A DNA stretch of 64,000 nt from the human T2T-CHM13v2.0 reference genome, Homo sapiens. Both the position numbers and the translations under genes were made by a program. Within the stretch, counting starts at the first letter, position 1. Each line of letters opens with the position of its first letter. Below the pieces are notes generated by a model. It ran no database searches, had not been told where the DNA came from, and saw only the letters and a list, made by a program, of their open reading frames with translations. The stretch lies in assembly GCF_009914755.1 (NCBI RefSeq), contig NC_060927.1; one strand, given 5' to 3'. Positions 1-16,100 of this stretch are shown here, piece after piece.

Positions 1-280
1 AGAAGAGGATAGAATATATAGTATTTCTCAGACTTGACCACATTACTAAATAAACCCTAAATGATACTTCAAGGGTCATGCTCCAAGAAACACAGTTTGG
101 GAAATAATGATTAAGTAATATATCAGGATCCAATTACAACTGTACTAAATCTTACCTTTGCTCTTGATACTTATAAAATTAAACTAAATTATCTGAATAA
201 TCACCTCACAATAGAAAACCCAAACTATTCAGATAATATATCTACCATGGTTTGACCACTTACTTAGCAAGGATAGATCC

Positions 281-617
281 TTATTTTCTTTCTTTTTTGG
301 GGGGGTGGGGGGGTGGGGGGGGGCGGGGACAGGCTCTCACTCTGGCACCCAAGCTAGAGTGCAGTGGCATGATCTCAGCTCACTGCAGCCTTGACCTCCC
401 AGGCTCAAGTGATCTTTCCCATCTCAGCCTCCTGATTAGCTGAGACTATAGGCATACACCACCACATCCAAACAATTTTTGTTTTTGTTTTTGTTTTTGT
501 AGAGACAAGGTTTCACCATGTTGCCCAGGCTGGTCTCGAACTCCTGGACTCAAGCAATCTGCATGCCTCGGCCTCCCAAAGTGATGGGACTACAGGTGTG
601 AGCCACCACACCTGGCC
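281..617 (-). mobile_element. Alu (AluJ-like) with G-run in tail region
   Basis: Reverse Alu consensus, flanking ttattttcttt duplication. Confidence 0.9.
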
Positions 618-1886
618 TTATTTTCTTTTCTTCCACAAAATAACCCATTGAAGTACAGAAGGGTTAAGTAACTTGCCTTCCCCAGACAAGCAAATACTGG
701 AGCTGAGATCTACATCCTAAGAATCTTACTTCAGTTCACACTCTTAACCACATTGCCACCAACTTACATCTTTATAGTCCAAGTATAATTGCATATCCTT
801 AGACAAATCATAAAAACTTACTTTGGATAATTATCCTAGGATTTTCAACTTAGCACAGATTCTCTCTTTTCTATGAAATAATACTATTCTAGTTCTCTGA
901 ATAGAGAACTAGATAGGTAAATAATCTTCTCCTTTTACCATACACAGTATCTAATAACCAAATGTAGATAATCTCCTTTTACTGTACACAGCCTTTACTC
1001 TCATTTTTTATTCCCAGTTTCAACTACCAGCCAATGAGAATGACTCAAATCTAGCATCTCAAGCTCTGACTTCTCTACCAAAATAAACACTTACATTTCT
1101 AACATCTATCTTGTCAGCACCAAAACCAGAGTGAATAAAATCAGTCTCATTTTCCCCCAGTCAACAGGCTTTGCTTCCTTATTTTCCAGTTTCCATTAAT
1201 GGAATCTTGTCACTCTTGTTCAAACCCAAGGTCTGACGACCTCCTACTTCCTTAACAAATCTTCCTTTACAATATCCCTTGAATCCATCCTCTCCATCTA
1301 CTCCAACAGACTCCCTCTACTTCCAAATAGGCTCTTTGTACTTTCACTTATAATACATCAAGTTTTCTAATCCTAACTTCAGTTTCTCCATCTCAACTCT
1401 ATCCCCATCCGTACTATTCCATCGTGGAATTAATTTACCTGAAGCAATTTACCTGAAACAAGGAACAAGTGAGGTAAAAATGTCTCAAAGTAAAACGTGA
1501 TTAGCTATATTCTGTGATGCCCAATACCCAAAGCATTCTTAAACTTTCTGATATTTAAATTTGGATTTTGTTACTGCTTCAGTTAAATAAACAGAGGGGA
1601 ACAGGCTAAAATAAACTTGTTGTGGCTCATGGTGGCATTCCAAATCAGAGACTCATGTGAGGCCAATCAATCGTATTCTAAATTTTCCATCCATCCAATG
1701 GGTCTACAAGTAGGAGGAACCTATTCAATGGGCTAGGCAGTGCTGTTTCCCTAAAATAAAATCCATAAATTGAATTTCACTTGAGACTGCTATCTGAGAG
1801 GAGGAAAAGGGTATGTATATTTAAGTACTGTATCTAATGAACCACAAATAAGTGTATTTCTTCAGGATGTAGGTACTTTAAGTATA

Positions 1887-2601
1887 TAGTAGTTCCCCCT
1901 TATCCAAGTAAGTTCCAAGTCCCCCCGGAGATGCCTGAAACTGCAGATAGTACCAAACCCTATCCCACTGTCATCAATCAGAACATGTTTCTGTTCATGT
2001 CTTCCACTCAGAAATCTAGTCTTTTCCATCATAATATACTTATCACACACACTGGCTATAACTTCTGTGGTTTGAGATGCAGTAGGAAAACTAACACAGA
2101 TTTTTCTTTTCTTTCTTCACAATTTCATGAATAGAAGATGTGTTCATACCACAGATCTTAGCAACCTCAGCACACAATTTTTTTCCTTACTAAGTTGAGA
2201 ACTTTCACCTTTTCACTTAAAGAAAGAATTTTATGGCTTCTCTTTGGCATATCCAAACTGCCAGAGTCACTCTTGCTCTTTGGGGTCATTATTAAATAAA
2301 CTAAAGGTTACTCAAACACAAACAATGTGATACCATGACAGTCAACCTGATAACAGAGCCGGCTCCTGTGAGACTATCTAGCAGGTAGCATACACTGTGT
2401 GGATACACTAGACAAAGGGATGATTTATGTCCTGTGCAGGATGATGTGAGATTTAATCATGCTACTCAGAACACTGCACGATTTAAACAAAAATAAACAA
2501 ACTGTTTATTTCTGAAATTTTCCATTTAATATTTTCAAACTGTGGTCAAACATAAGTAACTGAAACCTCAGAAAGCAAAATCACATGAAGGAGAGGCTCT
2601 G
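1887..2601 (-). mobile_element. MER44/Tigger7-type TcMar DNA transposon
   Basis: Terminal (c/t)agtagttcccccttatcc and a degenerate opposite TIR. Internal sequence matches the MER44 consensus as recalled. Confidence 0.75.
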
Positions 2602-2899
2602 CACAATGAACCATACAAGGTTTTTAAAAACAAAATGGGTACCAATCAATGTGTAGCCTATTTAAAAAACAACAACAAAACAGGAAGGTATTTCCAAGAT
2701 ATATAATGTAAATGATCTGAATTATCAATGGAAAAAGTTTCTCTGCAAGACCTTATCAGTTCAGCACTTCTTTCATTATTCCAGTTCTGACACTTTTAGT
2801 ATTTCCCCTCCTGTGCCAATGTTTTCATGACAGAAGGCATTTTAAGGTCTGAAGAAGGCATTCGCTTCACACCCTCCAAAGCCACTAACAGACTTCCCA

Positions 2900-3650
2900 G
2901 TCTTCCCTTCTTTCTTACTTTCCCTGTGGTTCTACTGAAGAGCTGCCTCTTCTGTTGTTGAAAGTCAAACCCTCCCAAGCCCCGTCACACACACTCACAC
3001 ACATACACACCCTCCATTTTATGATGTCCTCCCCAGGACTTTGTCCCAACTATCTGATCTCTCTTCTGGGTCTTTGCTCTCTACTTCTATTGGTTCACTC
3101 TCTTCATCATAACTAGGTTCAAAGTCTCTCTGATCTTTAAAAGGCAAGCAAAAAATCTCACCCTGGTCCAATTCTACCCTATCTTCTCTTTACAGCTAAG
3201 CTTTCTCACACCTCCCTCTTCACTTCTCACTCTCTTCAAATGACTGCAATCTGGCTTCTGCTCATATCACCTTATTGAAATTGTTCATCACAAAAGTCAC
3301 TAATGACCTCTAACTACCAAACCCAATAGAATTTTTCTATTCTTATCTCATCTGTCTTTTCTGGACTTTCAATATCACTAAACACATATTCTTTCTTAAA
3401 ACTCTCATCTCTTAGCTTTCTCCAATACTAGTGTCTCCTGGTTTTCCTCTTTATTCTCTCATCTCTCTCCTTCAGCATCCTTCATAAGCACATTTTTCCC
3501 TGCTAGCATCTTAAATGTTAATATAACCAAAGTTTTCAAGCTTCACCTCTTGCTCTTTTCATTCTATATTCTCTCCTGGGCCATACTGTTAGTCTGTAAA
3601 TCTCTATGCCCAAGCTAGAATTTTCTCCCACAATCCTGATCCAACTTGCT
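2900..3650 (-). mobile_element. Old LINE2 fragment (continues ~4020-4800)
   Basis: Pyrimidine-rich L2-like motifs (ctgcaatctggcttctg, gtcactaatgacctc, ctggttttcctc). Confidence 0.6.
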
Positions 3651-3666
3651 ATTAAAAATTGAAGCT

Positions 3667-3762
3667 GTGCTCGCTATGGCAGCACATATACTAAAATTGG
3701 AAAGATACAGAGATTAGCATGGCCTCTGTGCAAGGATGATATACAAATTTGTGAAGCATCTT
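3667..3762 (+). pseudogene. U6 snRNA retrocopy
   Basis: gtgctcgctatggcagcacatatactaaaattggaaagatacagag...attagcatggcc...aggatga...caaatttgtgaagc is near full-length U6 with substitutions and a small deletion. No PSE/TATA recognised upstream. Confidence 0.95.
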
Positions 3763-3800
3763 TATTTATTTATTTATTCATTCATGTATTTATTTATTGA

Positions 3801-4012
3801 GGCCGGACACAGTGGCTCATGCCTGTAGTCCTAGCACTTTGAGAGGCAGGCAGATGACTTGAGCTCAGGAGTTCAAGGCCAGCCTGGGCAACATGGGAAA
3901 ACCCCGTCTCTACTAAAAACAAAAATTAGCCGGGCGTGGTAGCGCAAGATCATGCCACAGTGCTCTAATCTGGGAGACAGAATGAGATTCTGTCTCCAAA
4001 AAAAAAAAAAAA
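3801..4012 (+). mobile_element. Alu with right-arm internal deletion, 3' of U6 copy
   Basis: Alu left arm and linker jump to aagatcatgccac, then A tail. Confidence 0.9.
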
Positions 4013-5492
4013 CTGAGGCTCTCCCACTAGAACTCAGACTTAATACAACCTTAATTTAATTTATAATCATTCCCTTAATCTTCCTCTTCTTTTTTATATT
4101 CCCCATCAACTACCCCATTACCCAAAATATGAAACAAAGACTCATCATAAGGGTCCTTCCTCTTTTCTATCCTCCCTCCATATTCAGTTGCTAAGTCTCA
4201 ACTACTTTGCTCCCATCAAGATTCTCTTTACTATTTCTTCTATCCAGACCTTCCTCTTTATTCCTATTGTCATTGTCTTATTTTAGGTTCTCATCATCTT
4301 TCACTAAGATAACTACAACAGCTTCGTGACCAGCCTAGGCAACAAAGCAAACCCCCATCTCTACAAAAAATACAAAAATTAGCTGGGTGTCGTGGTACAT
4401 GCCTGTAGTCCCAAAACCCAAGAAGCAGAGGTTGCAGTGAGCTAAGATTGCACCACTGCACTATAGCCTGGGCAACAGAGCAAGACCCTGTTTCAAAAAA
4501 TAAATGGAAAACTATAACAGCTTCCTGTTTTCTGCCTTCTACCTTCTACCACTCACTCTCCACTGGGTGGCTAAAGCAATTATACTGTAATTCAAATCTG
4601 AAAAAGGATTTACCCTTTAATGGCTCCCCACAGCTTTGAAAATCAAATGTAAATTCCTCAGCACACAAATCCTTTCATGATTGGTCCCTATTTCCTCCCT
4701 AACATCACCTCCTCCCATTCCCTAGCCCCTCTCCAGCTATACTGAACTACTTACTATTCTGGCAGTTTCCCACCATAGTGCTAGCTGTTTTACACCCCGG
4801 TGTCTATAGAGCTCTTAGAAGGCAATATACAAAAACCCATTAAACAAGGCTGTTTATGGTGATACATATTAAACCTTTTTTTTGAAACCAAACATTTATT
4901 TCGCATTTGATTTCATTGGTTCAAATGTTTAAAAGCTGGAGTAAATCCACCTGTCTTTCTTCTGGGCTCTTCCTCCAATGTGTGTTAATCTGGCCAAGTA
5001 TGGCATATGCTGTTGCTGAATCCTGGTCCTCTAAGGCCTAAGAGGCTCATCCCCAGGCAGGGCCCGGAGTCAAAGCAAATGCAGAAGGCGGCCACAGGTA
5101 CAGTCTCAGTAGCATCAGACATTGTTTGGGCTGATTCCTGAGTATCTATCCTGTCCCTCAGGACAGCCAGGGTTTGGCACTCTAAGTAGCTACTGGCTCA
5201 CGATCATAAGATCACTGCAAGAACACCAACCCCAGCAGGTCCCAGCTCCAGCCAGTTTCCTCTGGGCAGCATGTGAGAATGGGCTTCCTGCCTTTTTGTT
5301 TGTTTGTTTTTATTTTTATCATCCAGATCTAGTTTCAAAGAGCTCCAAAATGTCCTTGCCACATGTGGACCTGAGAGCAAGAGATGACTTTTCAGAGCCA
5401 TATTCTTGTTGCATTTGGACAAAATGAATAATGCCTTTCATAGTTTCTTTGTATTTCTCTTCAATAGGTGGTTGACCCAACATTTTTCCTAC

Positions 5493-5790
5493 TTTTTTTT
5501 TTTTTTTTTTTTGAGACAGGGTCTCACTCTGTTGCCCAGGGCATGATCCCAGCTCATCACAGCCTCAACCTCCCTGGGCTCAGGCAATCCTCCCACCTCA
5601 GCCTCCTGAGTAGCTGGAACTACAAGCACGTGTCACCATGCCTGGCTAATTTTTGTATTTTTTGTAGAGACAGGGTTTCACCATGTTGCCCCAGCCAGCT
5701 GGTCTCAACTCCGGGGCTCACACAATCCGCCCACCTCGGCCTCTGGTCCCAAAGTGCTAGAATTACAAGCGTGAGCTACCATGCTCGGCC
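5493..5790 (-). mobile_element. Alu inserted in UBE2F pseudogene 3'UTR
   Basis: Reverse Alu with acccaac-containing duplication at both flanks. Confidence 0.9.
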
Positions 5791-6215
5791 AACCCAACGT
5801 CTTTGCCCTATACAATGAAAATACAAAATACAAAATGAGAACACAAAAAATAAAGCATTACATTGTAAAAATTTAATTTAATTGGTCCAAAATATACTTA
5901 AATAAAATATGCATTTCAATAAAAATGTCTACAGTGAAAGACTTTATGCATTCTGGGAAACTTCACAACATGTAGATAGGGCCAACATTCACAGAGGATA
6001 AGGGCATTTGTATCCAATCACAATTTGTAGCAGGTTTCTTATTCCAATCTGCAAGTTACACTGAACACATCATGAGCATCACTTCGGGAGAAAACCAATT
6101 TTGTTGGGGAAAAGAATAAGAAAGCTCCAGCCTCAATTTTGAGTTCATTACAACTTCTCAAGAGTATCACCAACAGCCTAAACAGTACGAGTTCAAAAAA
6201 GTAAACATGTTAAGG

Positions 6216-6587
6216 TGATATAGTTTAGATGTCTCTTCCAAATATCATGTTGAGATGTAATCCCCAGTGTTGGAGGTGAGGCCTGGTGGGAGGTATTTGG
6301 GTCATCGGGGTGGATCCCTCACGACGTGGTGCTTTCAACACAACAGTAAGTTCTCGTGAGATCTGGCTGTCCCCCTTGCGCTCTCGTTTCCACTCTCGCC
6401 ATATGATGTGCCTGCTCCTGCTTCACCTTCCACCATGAGTAAAAGCTCCCTGAGGCCTCCCCAGAAGCCAAGTAGATGCCAGTGCCATGCTTCTACAGCC
6501 TGCCAAACCATAAGCCAATTAAACCTCTTTTCTTTATAAATCACCCAGTCTTGGGCATTTATAGCAATGCAAGAACAGCCTAAAACA
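6216..6587 (+). mobile_element. MSTA-like ERVL-MaLR solo LTR
   Basis: TG...CA ends, ccagaagcc...gccaattaaacctcttttctttataaat MST signature, 5-bp TSD taagg/taaga. Confidence 0.85.
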
Positions 6588-9129
6588 TAAGACAAGCAGA
6601 TAACTCTTTAGAAACCTAAATACGTTTTCTTGCTGTCTTTATGTTGAATTCTCCATCTACAACGGGCAGTCATGAAGATGGTCTTCGTCAGGACAACATG
6701 GTCACAGGACTGGGACAATCCAGGGGAATGAGAGGGAGAGTCAGGGGACAGGGGAGAGAAGGCAATGCCTCTTGCTGCTTTTTCACATTAGAGACAAACT
6801 GTAACACACAGTCCATGGGCCTGCAATCTTCTCCTTTTATCATCTGGCATTAACACTTGATGTAGTCATCGACTTTATTCAAGAAGTCCTCCTTGTCCTA
6901 CAAATGATGTTCTGCAGCTTCAACATTCAGTGGATCGTCAAAATTCAGAAGATTAGTAAACAAATAATTTAATCTCCAAATAACATCCTTTAATGTTCTC
7001 GTGGGAGCCCAGCCAGTGCTGTCAATCGAATGTCCTCAGTAAACTTTAGACATATTTCCCCTATCTCTGATGTTAGGGTACCAGATCCTGGTCAGGCATT
7101 TCACTTTGGAAGGCACCACATTGTATGCATCAGGAAGTCCAGTTTCGAGCTGAAATTTTCCACCCTAGTAGTAACCCTCGTCTGGGGTTACAGTCAGCAG
7201 AAAGCAATGAAGCTTTTTAGATCAGGAAATACTCTTGACATGTACAAGGTAAATAAGCTCAAGCTCTGCAACCTCTTTAACAATCAACTTGTCTCTCACA
7301 GAACCCTCTGACTGGGGCCGGATGCTATGGCTGACGTCCCAGACCCTTCGAGACTGTCATCGCACTTCAGTTTGCTTACAGGTGTCAGCGCTACTCCTGC
7401 CTTTACCCTGGGCACCCCAAGACAGGTGAGGCAGGCCTGGCGCCCAACACCATGCCTGGCCTGGGCAGTGGTGGTGAGACACGGCCCCTCATAGCTACAT
7501 CGACTCCAGGTGGCAGGTTCAGAAGTTATTAGAACTTTTAATACATGAACAAGAAGGACACATTTTTATTTTATCACACTGATTCCTTAATAGGAGGAAG
7601 GAGAGGGATAGGCCTGGGGAATGAAACAAAGGACCTTAAACTTGGTTTATATCTCTTTCTCCCTTCCTTTCTTCCTAACATTTTAAAGAAAAGATCTGAA
7701 ACAACTGTGACAACATGTTAACATTTGTTAATGCTGGGTGTTGGACTCATGGATACTTATATTATTGCCAAAATCTTTCTGTATTTAATGTTTTTCAAAA
7801 ACAAGCCAGGCATGGTAGTGGTGCCTGTAATCCCAGCTACTCGGGAGGCAAGGTGGGAGAATCACTTGAGCCTTGGAGTTCGAGTCCAGCTTGGGCAACC
7901 TAGCAAGACCTCATCTCAAAAACAAAACAAAACAAAATACTACAGTAGTACACGAAAACACACTCAAATGACTTTAAAAGAAGAAAATCCTCTAGCTTTA
8001 AAACTTTAGTATCACAGTGTTGATGGTGCTAAAACTGCTATTTTAAAGGAGGCAAATTTACAATTCATAATTTGACAGAAATGCACTGAACTGAGCCAAT
8101 GAGGTCTGGAATTGCCAGCCACACATATGTTCCATAACATAAAACCTATGCAACTGGCATGGACAAAAGAGAGATAATGTACAATTTGGGCCTTTACAGA
8201 CTATGCTTTAATTTCAAGAAATTTGAAATACAAAATTTGAGAAAGTAAAACATTCAAAGAAAATGACTAACTCAGGTAGCAAAGACTCAGAGTTCACTGT
8301 GTTTAATTTTGTTTACTCTTCCATGACACTCATGCCAAAAAAACACTGAAAGACAAATTAAGAGACATAATATTTACTGTGTTGCCATGGTTTCCAAATT
8401 AACAAAAATTACTGCTCTATTTCCTAGCAACTTCCCTTTAGTACAAAAATTTTTAATTAAATCTTACAATATGATTATGTTTAACCACTTTAAGTTTTTG
8501 GTAGTTGAGGACAAATATTTAAATTTTTCTGAGCATAAACACCAACATGTAGTAGATAAACTCTAGGAATTTTAACTCATCTTTTTCTGATGTCAAACAA
8601 CTATATCTTCCATTTACTCGGAGACCTTTTGACAGCAAAAATATTCTTTTGGAATGAGAGAGGACTTTATACAACCCAATAAACAGTATACAAAAAGTAA
8701 AACTTTGGATCTGCAATGATACATTTAACCAAAAATACTAATTTGGGGACTAATATAAATACTTGTGAGAGGGGGAAAAAAAGGTGTTGCTAGTACTGTC
8801 TTCAAATTTAGGTTAATGATATTGTGCCATCTGAATTTTTTTCTCCAAATCCCTGTAAGTCTCCAAAGCCCACCTCTCCTGGAACATGAACAATGACTTC
8901 AAATGGGTGAATGTTAGCCTTGCTTCTGATACATTTTAGAGAGCTATCTGAACATCATCTGTTTCCTCAGCTGTAAACATGGCTAGTAATAATATCTATC
9001 CTACTTAGCTCAAGACTTTTGTGAGAATCAAGATGTGAAACTGCTTTCAAAGTCATGAAAAGTTACTGAAAAACAAAAAATAAGCTATTAATGGTGGAAT
9101 TAGAGAAGACTGATTGAGAAACAATCTGG

Positions 9130-9370
9130 CATAGTAAGAGGTTAAATGCACAGACTCTGGAGCCAAGCTTCAGAGTCTGAATCCTGGCTCTACTATTTCC
9201 TAGCTACGTAACCTTGGGGAAGTTACTTAACTTTTCTGTGCAATGGTTTCCGCATCTGCAAAATGCAGATAAAAAAACTGACTGCAGATTTTATAAGGAT
9301 TAAATGAATTAATGCATGTAAAATGCTTAGAATAGTGTTTGCTACACAGCACTCAGCAAGTGCTGGATGT
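9130..9370 (+). mobile_element. MIR
   Basis: Core gaatcctggctctact...accttgggaagttacttaac...tttccgcatctgcaaaatg. Confidence 0.8.
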
Positions 9371-9665
9371 TAGAATCCTATACAATTTTTTAAAGAAAGC
9401 ATCACATTAAAAAAAAAAGTTCAAATACTTAGTGACAACACAAAAGGAGACTAGAAGGTGGTGGCATTTTCCTCCCTTACAGAAATCTGGGTAAATCCCT
9501 CCAATTTTGAAAGGAAACATTCTGGGTAGTTTCAAATTTCAACTACAATTATGTTGTTTCCAAAATGCTTCATTTGTGCAAATAGTTAAGATCACTCACT
9601 GTAGAGTCGTATCTACGTTTTCATTTTTAAATCTTTTAACTGAAAAATATCTCACTGATTTTTAA

Positions 9666-10796
9666 GTTCTGGGATACATGTGCAGGACCTGCAGGTTTGT
9701 TACATAGGTAAACACGTGTCATGATGGTTTGCTGTACCTATCAACCTATCACCTAGGTATTTAGCCCCACATGCATTAGCTATTTATCCTGATGCTCTCC
9801 CTCACCCCACTGTGCTCCCTCTCCACAGGCCCCAGTGTGTGTTGTTCCTCTTCCTGTGTCCATGTGTTCTCATTGTTCAGCTCCCACTTATAAGTGAGAA
9901 CATGCAGTGTTTGGTTTTCTGTTCCTGTGTTAGTCTGTTGAGGATAATGGCTTCCAGCTCCATCCATGTCCCTGCAAAGGATATGATATAGTTCCTTTTT
10001 ATGGCTGCACAATATTCCGTGGTGTATATGTACCACATTTTCTTTATCCAGTCTATCACTGATGGGCATTTGAGTTGATGTAACTCAAATGTAACCCAAA
10101 ACTATAAAAACCCTAGAAGAAAATCTAGGCAATGTCATTAAGGACATAAGCACAGGCAAAAAATTTCATGTTCAAAAGCAATCGCAACAAAAGTAAGAAT
10201 TGACAAATGGGATCTAATTAAACTAAAGAGCTTCTGTAAGGCAAAAGAAACTATCATCAGAGTGAACAGACAAGCTACAAAATGGGAGAAAATTTTTGCA
10301 ATCTATCCATTTGACAAAGGTCTAATATCCAGAATCTACAAGGAACTTAAAGAAATTTACAAGAAAAAAAAAACTCCATTAAAAAGTGGGCAAAGGACAT
10401 GAACAGACACTTCTCAAAAGAAGCAATGTATGCAGCCAACAAACATGAAAAAAAGCTCAACATCACTGATTAGAGAAATGCAAATCAAAACCACAATGAG
10501 AAACCATCTCACGCCAGTCAGAATGGTGATTATTAAAAAGTCAAGAAACAACAGATGCTGACGAGGCTGTGGAGAAACAGGAGCACTTCTACACTGTTGG
10601 TGAGAATGTTAGTTAGTTCAACCATTGTAGAAGACAGTGTGGTGATTCCTCAAAGACCTAGAACCAGAAATACCATTTGACCCAGCAATCCCATTACTTG
10701 AAGGAATATAAATCATTCTATTATAAAAATACCTGCACATGTACGTTCACTGGAGCACTATTCACAACAGCAAAGACATGGAATCAACCCAAACGC
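9666..10796 (-). mobile_element. 5'-truncated L1PA (approx. L1PA8-11) with 5' inversion
   Basis: 9666-10080 is the L1 3' end reversed and 10081-10793 is upstream ORF2 sequence forward. 16-bp TSD tctca(c/t)tgatttttaa at 9650 and 10797. Confidence 0.92.
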
Positions 10797-11636
10797 TCTC
10801 ATTGATTTTTAATGTATTTTTGTTATAGTAATATCACAATTTCTTATCAGGTTTTAGGTAATAACTTTCCTTTGCTACAAATAGCCTCCTACAGCATTTG
10901 ACTTCTAATTCAAAAGCTAACTGAGCAGCTTCCAAAAGGAAAATCATAACAATGAGCTGGATCAAAAAAGTGTGTAATGTGTCAAAAGGAAATACACTAT
11001 TCCTAAATAAGTTATTTACTAATAACAAAGAGGAAGTGATATGGTAATAATTCTCACCAAAAGAATATAATTTAATGATGCTCTAAGCAATTCTTATACC
11101 ATATTAGTTTGTGGTCAGTCTGCAGTTGCAGATAGAGTCTGAAACAAAGTTGGCAATTAAGTAAGAAATCCCAGCTGGCAGTCATCTTAAATTTCCAATA
11201 TACGGCAGGAAATGTTGCCAGCGATTCAATAGGTGACGCCCCTTCCCTTTTTCTTTTTTCTGAGTTACAACAAACTGAAACAAAATTGCCCCAGAAGTTC
11301 TGTTACCAGCTAACAGAATTAAACATAAAAATTCCACTGCAATGTTTCAAAAAATAAAACACTGAATCTGAACCGACATGAAATATTGTTTCCATCAACA
11401 TTTACATACCACGTCTGAAGCATATTAACTGCATAGCCCAATGAGTATTTCTATAATATAGTCATCATATCTTCAACATTCTAATTATCCTAAGTTTACA
11501 TTCGAAAGATTAATTATAAACTTCAATACATTATAACAAGTACATGGAACTCAAGTAACCCATAAAAATATAAAGAAAAATTAATTTTGGATGCATTGGA
11601 TATTGTGAAAATTGATTATATAAATTGGAATTATCT

Positions 11637-12064
11637 TGTCATACCCAATTAAATTACAGTCATGAGATGAGGGAGGAAGAAAAGGAAAAGAAAAGCACTT
11701 AGGGCACAAGCACCTGCCCAGGGATTATCTGGCAAGCCAGCTGCTGAAATGACCTGCTATAACCTTAAGATCAGTTTTACCTAGTAGCTGCGGAAACGAA
11801 CTGCTATAACTCTAAGACTAGTTTTACCTACCACAGTCACTCACAAATCAGAGCATGCCAGCTCCCAAAAACTTCGCTAGTGCCAATGCATTTTCTTTCA
11901 AAACAATGCATAACATTTCTCTAATAAAAACCTCAATCTTTTCTTTGTTCTTTGGACATACCAAAGACCAATGCAGTCTGTGTGTATGCCCAAATTACAA
12001 TTCTACTGTCTCAAATAAAATGTGTTGTTCAGAGATTCATCTCTATATTTGATTTCTGTTGATA
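11637..12064 (+). mobile_element. ERV1-type solo LTR (MER93-like)
   Basis: tgtcataccc start, aaaagcacttagggcac motif, internal ~47-bp tandem unit, AATAAA near end, 4-bp TSD-like atct/atat. Confidence 0.7.
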
Positions 12065-12237
12065 ATATCCAACTATATTTTATTCTAACACACTATTTTA
12101 GAGACTAGCTATAACATCTTGCTCATAATAAACATCTGAAACTAGTTCAATGAGTAAACGTCTATATCTCTGTCAAATCGGCATTTTTACAATACATCTG
12201 TGCAACTCAGTGTTGAGAGGGGATTTACCAAACATAC

Positions 12238-12327
12238 CTCTCTGGCAATGTTACTCAAAGCTTCATCTTCTGCAGAAAATCGGTCTTTCACAGGTGTTCT
12301 TTTCCTTCCAGAAGCAGGAGTCCCCAT
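12238..12327 (-). CDS. LRRFIP2: LRRFIP2 first coding segment, 30 codons [30 protein letters not shown], in exon 12238-12382 (55 nt 5'UTR + 90 nt CDS)
   Basis: Minus strand: acceptor tttgtttacttcag|G at 12382, strong Kozak aagATGG at 12327, phase-0 donor GAG|gtatgt at 12238. The peptide matches the LRRFIP2 N-terminus as I recall it. Confidence 0.96.
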
Positions 12328-12655
12328 CTTGTGTTCTTAATAGTCTTTTAACTTTGAAAGTGATTTAACTGTGTTTTCAGCCCTGAAGTAAACAAAAACA
12401 TAATAACTTAAGGTATTTCTTTGTGCAATTTTCATGCTCATTTATATATTCACTTTTAACAGAGAAATTAGTCACCAAATACCTCTTCCCACTACCAAAT
12501 TATTCCAATAAATTTTAGAATATTTAATTTTATACTAATTACTAAAACTCCTACTTCTTTTCACTATGCTACCCACAGCAATCTGTGTGTATTATAATAT
12601 TAGCCTCAGAAAGCTGCCATCAGCAGAAATTCTACTTAACCATTTAAAATTACTA

Positions 12656-14819
<2,164 letters not shown>

Positions 14820-14871
14820 TCATCTTCAGCATAATTTTAAAGATTATTCACTTACCTAATAGTAACAGTGT

Positions 14872-16100
<1,229 letters not shown>

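Larger units (their letters stand above)
4876..7525 (-). pseudogene. UBE2FP1: UBE2F processed pseudogene (CDS-equivalent 6840-7391 plus long 3'UTR)
   Basis: Intronless minus-strand homology to NEDD8 E2 UBE2F ([42 protein letters not shown]). ATG is mutated to GCG, with internal TAG stops and frameshifts. AATAAA at 4895-4900, A-tail remnant 4876-4883, degenerate TSD tattaaaccttt/tattagaacttt. The symbol is from recall of the locus. Confidence 0.92.

Noticed and set aside
9776-10069. ORFs including DWIKKMWYIYT
   Set aside because: C-terminal remnant of L1 ORF2 in a truncated, inverted element.
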